DNA of 62,828 nucleotides, the filler included, from Malassezia furfur (lineage: Eukaryota): NCBI GenBank assembly GCA_052055015.1. It is 4 parts of 4 records of this genome, joined end to end, with 100 filler letters (N's around TTAATTAATTAA, not from the genome) between each part and the next. Parts side by side here need not be neighbours in the genome. Positions count along the whole stretch, not along the records: positions 31,518 to 47,142 come from JBQJIT010000264.1; 3 more parts are not named here. The stretch is one strand, 5' to 3'. Shown here piece after piece: positions 34,664-44,790 of this stretch (the stretch's first letter is position 1; the number at the start of each line of letters is the position of its first letter). The translations under genes and the position numbers were made by a program. A model generated the notes under the pieces. That model was not told the DNA's origin, did no database searches, and worked only from the letters and a program-made list of their open reading frames with translations.

Positions 34664-36937
34664 TTAGACTTTCTCACACCGCTGTCGCTTGGATGGACTG
34701 CGTGCGCCCATGTCCTCGACGCGCGCGAGCTCCACGGTGAGGCCGGCGCGCACCAGCACGTCGATCCACACCTTTTGCTTCTCGCTGAGGCGGTCGTTCG
34801 GCCCTTTGACCTCGGCAAAGCACACGGTGCGGTCTGCGTAGCGCCACAGGCACAGGTCGGGGAAGCCGCTCGTGCGCATCGCCCACTCTTCGCACAGCAG
34901 GCGGCACAGCAGCGCAAGCGCACGGCCACCGATGCACTCGGCAATCTCCGCGACGTCTTCTGCAGAAAAGTCGCCCCAGCGGCAGGCGACCGCCGCCGTA
35001 CGCTGCGGGCGCTCGCGGGCGTCGACAGCGCGCACGATGTCCACGCCGCCCGTCGCCTCGATCTCTGCGAGGCGTGCATCGATCGCGTCGCGACGCGCGA
35101 CGGCAAATACGTCGGTCGGCAGGTCGAGTGGCTCGCGCTGGTACGCCGTCTCAAACGCGCCATCCACCGGCGCAAACAGTACGTCCCACATGAGCAGCGT
35201 GAACAGGAAAAGCACGATGCTGCCTTCGCAGTGGGCGCCGCGGAACTGGCGCTGGGCATACGCCTCGAGGCACAGCTCCTCGACGGAGATGCTCGCGCCG
35301 CTCGCGCTGCGCCACAAGCTCCGTGTGCCGGTGCGTCCGGGCGGCGCAGCAAGCCGCGTGCCGCGGATGGTGCGGTGGTGTGCATTGCGCAGCTGGTGGT
35401 GCGCAAAGTTGTGCCGCGCGGCGGGGGGTATCTTGAGCTGGGCCTCGAGCCGCTCGATGCGCCGCTGCAGCGAAAACTGGTAGATGAGGTGTGTGTCGGG
35501 ATCGTGGAGCGCCGCCTCGCACCGTGCCAGCGCCGCGCGCCGCGCATCGGCCACGGGCACGTCGTCCTGTGGCTTGGCGGCGAGGAGCGCAAGGCGCTCG
35601 TGCCACTGCCCCCGGCGGCCGCGGCGAAAGTAGCGCTGCGACAGCAGCGCACACAGCAGGCGCTGCTCGCGGTGCCGGTGTCCGAGGCGTGCGAGGCACT
35701 CACATCCTTTGTACACGACGCGCGTGAGCACCCAGCCAGGGTGGAACTGCATGCGCACGTAGGCGTGCGGGTCGAGCGCGTCGCCCGCGGGGTATCTGGT
35801 GCGCACTTCCTGCACGGCGCGCTGCCAGTCCGGCCACGCCGCGTCGAGAACTGCGACGCCCTGGCGCGCGGCGTCCGGCGACGTGCTGAGCGCGTCGATG
35901 TGCTCGTCCATGGCCTCCTCGAGCTGCAGCGCCCGCTCAAACGCGAGCACCTGCGAGCGCGAGCCGAACAAGTCCGGCGTGCGCTGGATGCGGTACGCGG
36001 GAAAGTGCCATTTGTGCGTGCGCGCAAGCACCGCGGCAGTGAGCAGCGAGCCCCATGCGGGCCGCCCGCGGTAGTACACGAGGCCCACGCGGTCGAGCAG
36101 CCGCGCGACGTCGGGCACGACGCAGATGCAGCCCGGCGCGACGCGTGCGAGCTCGGTCTCGAGGCGCGTGTGCCACGCATGCGCATCCATGCCGAGCTCG
36201 CGCACGGCGCCCGGCGCGCCGAACGAGAGCAGCATCGCGTTCTTTGGCTTGGCCAGCAGCTCGGCGATGAGCGCCTCGCGTGTCTTGGCGCGCCGCGCGA
36301 CGCCGAGGCGCTTGGCGAGCGCCTTGAGCTCGTCGAGTAGGAGCGTCGCGAGCCGCGCCTCGATCCCGCCCGCCATTTCTACGTCCATCATCGCGAAACG
36401 GTACAGTTCGTGGTCGGAGCCGTACGGGGGTGCATCCGAGTCGCTCGGCGCCGTCGGTACGCCAAACGGCCGGCACAGCGCCGTGCACGCGGCTGGCACA
36501 TCGGCAATCTCGCCATCGTACGCGAGGCGGTCGAGGCGGTGCCATGTGCGCTTGCGTTGCACGAGCCGCACAAACAGGTAGCGCGCCTCGTACGGCAGGA
36601 GGATGATGTGCTGCAGGCACGCGCGCTCGCGCTCCGTAAAAAGGTCGCTCTCGTGTGCGAGCACGACGCAGATCATGTCCTGCACGAGCTCGACGTACAT
36701 CGACTCGCGGCCGTACCGCTGCGACACGAGACGCTCGGCGGGCGCGGGTGTGGGTGCCTCTGCGGCGCCGTCCAGCGGCGCGGCGTGCAGCAGCGTTTCG
36801 TCCAGTGACGAAAACGACGCGTCGCCGGGCTCAGGCACGAGCGACGCATCGATGTCGCCCAGCTCCGCCCACAGCTCGTCACTTGTGGGCTCGATGGCAG
36901 CGTGTGCGCTTGCGTGCGTGTCGTTCGGCTCGTGCAT
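34664..36937 (-). CDS. FAN1: Fanconi-associated nuclease 1 (VRR-NUC domain)
   Basis: Motifs SMYVELVQDMICVVL..ESDLF, LFVRLVQRK, SAP-like helix, RRGQWHERLAL, GAHCEG, GAFETAYQREPLDL, SGFPDLCLW...FAEVKGPNDRLSEKQKVW. Start codon is uncertain. Confidence 0.93.
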   Translation of the reverse strand: MHEPNDTHASAHAAIEPTSDELWAELGDIDASLVPEPGDASFSSLDETLLHAAPLDGAAEAPTPAPAERLVSQRYGRESMYVELVQDMICVVLAHESDLFTERERACLQHIILLPYEARYLFVRLVQRKRTWHRLDRLAYDGEIADVPAACTALCRPFGVPTAPSDSDAPPYGSDHELYRFAMMDVEMAGGIEARLATLLLDELKALAKRLGVARRAKTREALIAELLAKPKNAMLLSFGAPGAVRELGMDAHAWHTRLETELARVAPGCICVVPDVARLLDRVGLVYYRGRPAWGSLLTAAVLARTHKWHFPAYRIQRTPDLFGSRSQVLAFERALQLEEAMDEHIDALSTSPDAARQGVAVLDAAWPDWQRAVQEVRTRYPAGDALDPHAYVRMQFHPGWVLTRVVYKGCECLARLGHRHREQRLLCALLSQRYFRRGRRGQWHERLALLAAKPQDDVPVADARRAALARCEAALHDPDTHLIYQFSLQRRIERLEAQLKIPPAARHNFAHHQLRNAHHRTIRGTRLAAPPGRTGTRSLWRSASGASISVEELCLEAYAQRQFRGAHCEGSIVLFLFTLLMWDVLFAPVDGAFETAYQREPLDLPTDVFAVARRDAIDARLAEIEATGGVDIVRAVDARERPQRTAAVACRWGDFSAEDVAEIAECIGGRALALLCRLLCEEWAMRTSGFPDLCLWRYADRTVCFAEVKGPNDRLSEKQKVWIDVLVRAGLTVELARVEDMGARSPSKRQRCEKV

Positions 36938-37625
36938 CACGCGCGGCACGAGCCGAGGCGCGAAAAAACGGATCGGCCGCCCGTTTTGCACGGAGCTCGG
37001 CGGCACGCGCGCGCTCGTGCGCCTCGCGCTCAGCGCGCTCACTGGCCAGGGTGCGTGTGGTGCGTGGCGAGCCGGGCGCACGCACCGGTAGCGTATGTGC
37101 CGACGCTTCGCGCTCGTCCAAGTGCGCCTGAATGGACCGCAGCGGGTCGTGCCGCGACTTGAGTGCCGTGTCGCGGTAGCAGTCCTCGAGCACCTCGTCC
37201 TCATTCTTCTGCTGCTCGCGCCCGTTCCGAAGTTCTGCGTTGGCGTACCAAGGGTTCAGCTCGACGGTCGGCCTCCGCGTCGACGAAGGCCGCGTGTCGG
37301 AGGCCGTTGGCGCATCGTCGGCAGCCTGTGTGCGCCCTAGCTCGTAATCCTGCCAGAAATTGATGTGCCCCTCGCGCGTGGTGATCTGTACGTCGCGCAC
37401 CGGTGCTGCAGCGTCGCCCGACGCGCGTGCGTCGCGCTGAGCACGCAGCGTATGCAGGCGTTCCTGGCGGTCGGCGTCCGCGAGGCGCTCCTCGTCCGCG
37501 CGCTCGCGCTCGCGCGCCTCCGCCTCATCGCGGCGCACGCGCTCAATGTTCTCCCGGTTGTACGGGTCTGGGTGAGCGGCGGCTTACGTACGGTAGCTTT
37601 TGTGGTGCGCGAGATGCAGCGGCAT
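36879..37625 (-). CDS. LENG1: LENG1-like / Cir_N-domain splicing-associated protein; intron 37568-37591 (24 nt, in-frame TAA)
   Basis: Spliced N-terminus MPLHLAHHKSYHPYNRENIERVRRDEAEA (Cir_N), then GHINFW, PWY, HDPL, EREAHERARAAEL. Confidence 0.82.
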
Positions 37626-37758
37626 GTTCGCAGCACGGTGTATGTGGAGGAGGCGAGGCGCTGCCGTCGTGATTGGGTAAACAACACGCGCGTCCTGGAA
37701 ATCAACACCAGCCTCCGCCGACCCGCCCAAGCCCCCGGACGGCGCGTGTAGACACAGG

Positions 37759-40700
37759 ATGGTGTCGAACGCGGTAGAAAAAGCAGATGCGGCGCGGAAG
37801 GACGTGTGGGTGCCGGACGCGACGCAGGGCTACGTCGCCGCCTACGTCGTGTCCGAGGACGGCACCGACAGCGTGGTGTGTCTGCCCAATGGCCAGGTGC
37901 GCACCGTGCCGACGAGCACGCTGAGCGCCATGAACCCTGCCAAATTCGACAAGGTGGCCGACATTGCGGACCTGACCTTCCTGAACGAGGCGTCCGTGGT
38001 GCACAACCTGCGCCAGCGCTACTTCAGCGACCTGATCTATGTACGTCGCCGCACCGCTCACGCAGACCTACTCGGGCCTCTTTTTGGTCGCAGTGAACCC
38101 GTACCATGCTCTGCCGATCTACACGGAAGCCATCGTCGAGCAGTACCGCGGGATGCGGCGCGAGGCGAATCCGCCGCATATCTTTGCCGTGGCCGACGGC
38201 GCGATCCAAAACATGATCCATGCGCAGGAGAACCAGAGTTTGCTCATCACCGGCGAGTCGGGCGCGGGCAAGACGGAGAACACGAAGCGCGTGATCCAGT
38301 ACCTGACTGCGGTCGCGGTCGACGCGGACGCGGACGTCGACCCCGAGGTGCTGCACCACCGCCGCCTGTCGCACGAGCCGCTCGGCCTGCTTGAGCGCCA
38401 GATCCTGCAGGCCAACCCGATCCTCGAGGCGTTCGGCAATGCGCAGACGGTGCGCAACAACAACTCGAGTCGGTTCGGCAAGTTTGTGCGCATCGAGTTT
38501 ACGGCGCACGGCGCGATCGCCGGCGGCAACATCGAGTGGTACCTGCTGGAAAAGAGCCGCGTGCACAGCCGCAGCGCAAACGAGCGCAACTTCCACGTCT
38601 TTTACCAGCTGCTGCGCAGCCGCAACAAGGCGCTGCTCGACCGCTTCCAGCTGACGAACCACCCCGACCACTACCAGTTCCTGCGCGCCTCGCGCAAGGA
38701 CGTCGAGGGCGTCGACGACACGCACGAGTGGATGCAGCTGCGCACGGCGTTGCAGACGATGGGCTTCCAGGCGCACGAGGAGGAGGACCTGTTCCGCGTG
38801 GTCGCCGGCATCCTGCAGCTCGGCAACCTCGAGCTCGCCGAGGATCGCTCCGAGCAGGCGCGCATCACCAACGCCGAGCAGCTGGCGATCGTCGGCGAGG
38901 TGCTGGGTGTGGAGCCTGGGAAGCTGCAGAGTGCGCTGGTGCGCCCGACGGTGCGCGCCGGCCGCGAGATGGTGACGCAGGCGCGCAACAAGAAGCAGGT
39001 CACCGACGAGATCGCGGCGCTGTGCAAGACGATGTACGAAAAGACGTTTGGGTGGCTCGTTGACCGCATCAACCACGTGCTCGACCGCCCGACGAGCAAG
39101 TCGCGCTTCATTGGCGTGCTCGACATTGCGGGCTTTGAGATCTTTGAGACGAACTCGTTCGAGCAGCTGTGCATCAACTACACCAACGAGAAGCTGCAGC
39201 AGTTCTTCAACCACCACATGTTCATGCTGGAGCAGGAGGAGTATGCGCGCGAGCACATCCACTGGGACTATGTCAACTTTGGCCTCGACCTGCAGCCGAC
39301 GATCGACCTGATCGAGTCCACGAGCCCGATCGGGATTCTGTCGTGCCTGGACGAGGAGTGCATCATGCCGAAGGCGAGCGACCACACCTTCACCGAGAAG
39401 CTCACCACGACCTGGGCGCCGTCCAAGACAGAGACGCCCACGTCCAAGTTTGTGCCGTCGCGGCAGGTGAAGCGCTTCGTCGTGCGCCACTATGCGGCGA
39501 ACGTCGAGTACAACACCGAGCAGTGGCTCGACAAGAACCGCGACCCGCTGAACGAGAACGTGGCGCGCGTCCTGGCGTCGTCCAGCGAGCCGTTCCTTGC
39601 CTCGCTCTTTGCCGAGTTCGACACGCCCGCGGAGCCGGCATCGGCGCCGCGTGGGCGCCGCGGCGCATTCCGCACCGTCGGCCAGCGGCACAAGGAGCAG
39701 CTTGCGTCGCTCATGGCGCAGCTCGACGCGACGCAGCCGCACTTTGTGCGCTGCATTGTGCCCAACAGCGAAAAGAAGCCGAGCAAGATGGAGCTGCCGC
39801 TCGTGCTCGACCAGCTGCGGTGCAACGGTGTGCTCGAGGGCATCCGCATCGCGCGCCTCGGCTACCCCAACCGCCTGCTCTTCTCCGAGTTCTGCACGCG
39901 CTACGCCATCCTGACGCCGGACGCCGTCGACCCCGCGGGGATGGACGCGCGGCTTCTGTCGCAGCGCATCGCCGAGGCGCTCCAGCTGTCCACGGACGTG
40001 TACAAGGTGGGCCTCACCAAGATCTTCTTCAAGGCCGGCGTCCTCGCCGAGATGGAGGAGCACCGCGACGCGCGCCTCCGCGACCTGTTTGGGCGATTCA
40101 GCGCGATGGCGCGGCGCGCGATGGCGATGCGCCGCCTGCAGAAGCGCCTGCGCCGCGCGGCCGCCACCGAGACGCTGCGTGCACAGGCACGCGCGTACGC
40201 GGAGCTGCAGCACTGGCCGTGGTGGCAGCTGTACACGCGCCTGCTGCCGCTGCTCGCCGCGTCGCAGGACGACGAGGAGCGCAAGCGCCGCGAGCTGGAG
40301 ACGGCGATCGCCAAGGAGCGTGCACAACGCGACGAACAAGAGCGCGCGGCCCTCGCGATCCTCGAGGCGCAGCTCGCCGCGGAGCGCGAGCGGTTCGCCG
40401 CCGCGGCGCACGACGCCGCCGCCGCCGCCGGCGAAAAGGCCGCGCTCGAAGTGGAGGTGCATGCGCTGCGGGCCGAGGTGGAGACGCACGCCGGCGACGC
40501 GCGCGCGCATGCCGAGCAGCTCGTGGCGCTGCAGTCCGCGCACGACGCGCTCGAGCACGAGGCCGCCGAGCTGCACCGCCGCCTCGAGGACGGCACGCAG
40601 CGCGAGGCCGAGCTCGAGGCGGACCTCGGCGCGCTCTCGCAGCAGCTCGACACCGTGCTCAACGAGCGCGCCGAGCTCGAGCGCGCCAAGGAGCACGCGG

Positions 40701-41881
40701 AGCACACCCAGACACAGCTGCACGAGGCCATCTGCACGGCGCGCACCGCGCTGCGCGAGCACAGCGACGCCGCCGAGGCACATGTGCGCGACCTCGCGGC
40801 GCGGCACGAGACCGAGCTGCAGGGCGTGCGTGCAGAGCTCGAGACGGCGCGCGGCGACCTCGAGCAGACGCGTGCAGAGCTCGAGGCGGCGCGCGCGTCC
40901 ACAGAGCGCAGCGGCGCCGAGCACCACGCGCGAGTATGTGAGCTAGAGAGCGCGCTGCAGGCCGCGGACGCGGCGTTGGCCGAGCGCACCGCCGCGCACG
41001 ACGCCGCGGAGCAGCGTGCGCGCGACGCGTCCGAGGCGCACGACGCCGTGCACGCACAGCTGCAGCACGCCGAGGGCCGTGCGCAGGCACTTGCGCAGCA
41101 GCTGCGCGACCTCGAGGCGGCGCACGCCGCGCTGCAGGCGCAGCAGTCGGATACCAAGGCGCTCCACGACGCGCGCGACACCGCCGAGCGCGAGTTGGCG
41201 CGTGCGCAGCGCACGTGCAAGGAGGAGGCGGGCGCCAAGGCGGCGCTCCAGGCGCGCGTGGCGCGCCTCGAGGAGCGCGAGGCCGCCACCGCCGCCGAGC
41301 TCCAAGCCAAGACGAGCGAGCTGCTTGCCGCGCAAAAGGCCGTGCAGGCCGCCGAGGCCGAGAACCGGCGCCTGCACTCGGTGCAGAACAAGACGATCGT
41401 CGAGCACGTGCACGTACTCGAGGAGGCGAAGAAGTACACCGATCGGCAGCTCAGCGACGTGCAGGGCGAGCTGCAGGAGCTCGCGTCCTACACCAAGTCG
41501 CTGGAGCGCATGCGTGCGCGGCTGCAGCAGGACAATGAGCAGCTCACGCGCCTCGCCAACGCGCCGCCGGAGCGCGACGAGACGGCCGTGCAGGAGCGCG
41601 ACGAGGCCCGCGCGGAGCTGCGCAAGGTGAAGCAGCACGCAGATCTCACGCTGCGCCAGACGCGTGCCGAGTACGAGACGCGGATCAAGAAGCTCGAGGA
41701 GGAGATGCGCGCGGCCAACCGTGCGTCGGCGCATCTGCAGACCGAGCGCACCGTGAGCGAGCTGCGCAGCGAGCGCAAGATGAGCACGGCCGCACGCAAG
41801 GTGCTCGAAGAGCTGCGCATGGAGAACGAGCGGCTCGAAAAGGACCTCGCAGCCAAGGCGAGCGTGTTGAAGCAGAGATAG
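37759..41881 (+). CDS. MYO1: Type II myosin heavy chain (about 1365 aa); intron 38041-38065
   Basis: SH3-like N-terminus ([27 protein letters not shown]), [56 protein letters not shown], then a coiled-coil tail. Confidence 0.96.
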
Positions 41882-42007
41882 GCGATGTATGTACCATGTT
41901 GTTCCCCCCGCTACGCCTCAAGTGGAGGCGGCGCCGCGCGGTCGCCGGCCCTCCACTTGTTCACGACGCGCCGCGACGCGCACTTCCGCCAGCGAACGAC
42001 GCGAGGA

Positions 42008-43975
42008 ATGAGCGCGGCGCTCTCCCAAAAGCACGGGCATGCATCAAAAAAGACCGCGGCGGGGCGGCGGCAGCAGGGCGTGGTCAAGTCGCGCGGCATC
42101 CAGAAGGCGCCCGGGCGCGTCCAGCTGTGTGCCTTCTGCCTCGGCTCCGAAGAAGAAAACCGCGTCACGAAGCAGCCCGAGAAGCTCGTGATGTGCACCG
42201 AGTGCGGCAGCTGTGGTACGTTTTGGACACTGACACAGGCCACCCGTCATGCATGCGCTGGGACGCGGCGGGGAAAAAGGCAGCCATCGTGGAGACGTAC
42301 GACTGGCATTGCATGGAGTGCAAGACGTGTGAAGTGTGCCTTGACAAGGGCGACGACGAGCAGATCATGTTCTGCGACCAGTGCGACCGCGGCTGGCACT
42401 TGTACTGCCTGCGCCCGCCCCTCGCAAAACCTCCGCGTGGCATGTGGTATTGCCCGACATGCCAACAGGCGTCGACGCCGAAGCCGGCCAAGGGAAAGGC
42501 CGCACGTACGCCGCCTGCGCCGCGCGCAAATGAGTCGCCGCGGCCAGGCACGGTCGTGCGGCTACGCCGGCCAACGAAGGAGACGCGTCCGCGAAAGCGC
42601 ATCAAGGTTATGGAGCTGGAGGAAGAGGACGACGACGAGGAGGAAGAAGAGAGCGACGACGATGCCACAGCGGCGCCGGCTGAGGACGACGAACCATTTG
42701 CGGGGCTGCTGACCGGCGACGATGCCTTGACACACCTCAACGATCCCAACGCCGACGACATTGCGCGCTTCCGCAGTAGCAAACGCGCCGCCGAGGAGCA
42801 ATTGGGCGGCGCGGTGAGTATGCAGTCAGGCGCACTGGCGAGGCTGCCCCCGCGGGCGCAGTCGGTGGTGCGCGAGGAGCGGTTCACGAGCCCTGCGAGC
42901 ACGCACACGGACGACTCGCACGGCACGGCAACGAGCGACGCCAGCGTCGCACAGCCGGTGCGGATGATCCGATTCGGCAAGTTCGACATTGATACCTGGT
43001 TCCAGGCGCCGTTCCCCGAAGAGTACAGCTCAGTGCCCGGCGGGCGCCTGTGGATGTGCGAATTCTGCCTTAAGTACATGAAAAGCCGGTTCATGGCGAC
43101 GCGGCACCGGCTCAAATGCATCATGAGCTACCCACCCGGCCAGGAGATTTACCGCGCGGACAACATCTCGGTCTTCGAGGTGGACGGCAGCAAGGCCAAA
43201 ATCTACTGCCAAAACCTGTGCTTACTCGCCAAGCTGTTCCTCGACCACAAGACGCTCTACTATGATGTGGAACCCTTCCTGTTCTACGTGTTTGTCGAGA
43301 GCGACGCAACCGGCTCCCACTTCGTCGGCTACTTCTCAAAAGAGAAGCGCAGTCCAATGGACTACAACGTAAGCTGCATCATGACCCTGCCCGTGCACCA
43401 GCGGCGGGGATGGGGCTACTTTCTGATCGCCATGAGCTACCTGCTCTCACGCAAAGAGAAGCGGCTTGGCTCGCCGGAGAAGCCGCTGTCGGATCTCGGC
43501 TTCCTGACGTACCGCAGCTACTGGACGCTGGCAGTGTACCGCGTGCTGGCAAGTGCCTCGGATACGCTCACGCTCGAAGGTAGGTTGCGCGACTCACCCA
43601 GATCTTTGCGAGACGACGGGCATGAAAATGGAGGACGTGCTGTATACCCTGCAAGACCGCCACATGCTCGAGACCTTCCACAACGGCACGGAGCATGGGC
43701 GCCTCCCGCCTCAGTTCTTTACTGCTGCCGAGCACAATGCGAAGCCGGCGCGGCGGAGCACATCGGTGGAGCCGGTGGTGAACGACTACCGCCTCGTGTT
43801 TGACCACGCCGAGGTCCAGGCGTACGTCGACCGACACGACGCGAAAGCATACGTGCGCCTCGACCCCAGCAAGCTGCGCTGGACGCCCTTTTTGCTGACG
43901 CGACCGCGCGCAGCGCTCGACACGACCGACGCGGCCGCCTCGCTCGTAGAGCACGAGGCCAAGCCTCAGATGTAA
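42008..43975 (+). CDS. MYST histone acetyltransferase with N-terminal double PHD finger (Sas3/Mst2/KAT6-like); introns 42216-42238 and 43580-43601
   Basis: Double PHD: CAFC...[12 protein letters not shown]...[12 protein letters not shown]...[14 protein letters not shown]...[73 protein letters not shown]. Confidence 0.93.
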
Positions 43976-43990
43976 TGTATTTGTACAACC

Positions 43991-44729
43991 CTATGCATGC
44001 CGCTCTCCCTCGAGCTCCATGGCATCCGGTGCGGGCGGCGCCGGCGACGCTTGCGCCGCGTCGTCGGACGCGGCTGCGTGCGATGCCGACATGTCGACAC
44101 TCTCGTCCATCGCAGTCTCATCGTCGTCCACGGCGTCAGTCGCGACGTCGAGCGTGGTGTCGGCATCGGTCGCGACGTCGAGTGTGGTGTCGGCGTCGGC
44201 GTCGCCGGCCTTGGCACTCGCCGCCTTGGCGCGCTTCTCAGCACGATTGCGAGCCGCATTGTCTGCCTTGGCCGCCGCCGACTTTTTCTGGAGCGCGCGG
44301 TATGCCTCGAGCTGCTCGCGCAGCTCCTTGCGCATCGGTGCCGGGAAGTCGAGCTCGCGAAGCGCGTCGAGGACGTGTGCGGCCGAGATGGTCTTATTGC
44401 CGCGTGCGATGGCAACGTCGTGCGAGGCCGCGGCTGCGTTAGCCAGCATACGTACTCAGATAGCTCACGAACACGGAAGACGACTTGACGAGCGCTGCGA
44501 GCGAGTCCTTGCGCAGCTGCACCGAGTCGGGCAGCTCGCTGCGCGCGAGCTTCTGGATCGACGCCTTGGGCAACTCAAACTGGTCGATGCCCATGCCAAA
44601 GGTGCCGCCCGCAGCGTTCGTCGCGGTCATGGTCTTGGCCGAGAGCGGAATGTCTTCGCGCGGCGACTCGGCGTTGGAGTCGTGCGGCGCCGGCGCCGGC
44701 ACAGCGTCTTGCACGGGGGCCGCGTCCAT
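43991..44729 (-). CDS. DPB4: Histone-fold protein Dpb4/POLE3/CHRAC17; intron 44434-44455 (22 nt)
   Basis: Spliced histone fold GIDQFELPKASIQKLARSELPDSVQLRKDSLAALVKSSSVFVSYL/TAASHDVAIARGNKTISAAHVLDALRELDF, followed by an acidic tail. Confidence 0.9.
44131..44199 (-). repeat. About 2.3 copies of a 30-bp in-frame tandem repeat in the DPB4 acidic tail (DADTTLDVAT)
   Basis: GTCGCGACGTCGAGCGTGGTGTCGGCATCG followed by GTCGCGACGTCGAGTGTGGTGTCGGCGTCG. Confidence 0.85.
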
Positions 44730-44790
44730 CGTTGCGCGTCGCGAACGGCGCGCGCGCGTGCGTAAATCCCATGCGTGGAAGTATCGTACA

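Noticed and set aside
37052..37085. GTGCGT donor near the LENG1 3' end that could remove the FAN1 overlap
   Set aside because: No branch consensus near the next AG, and splicing would delete the LENG1-like EREAHERARAAEL helix.
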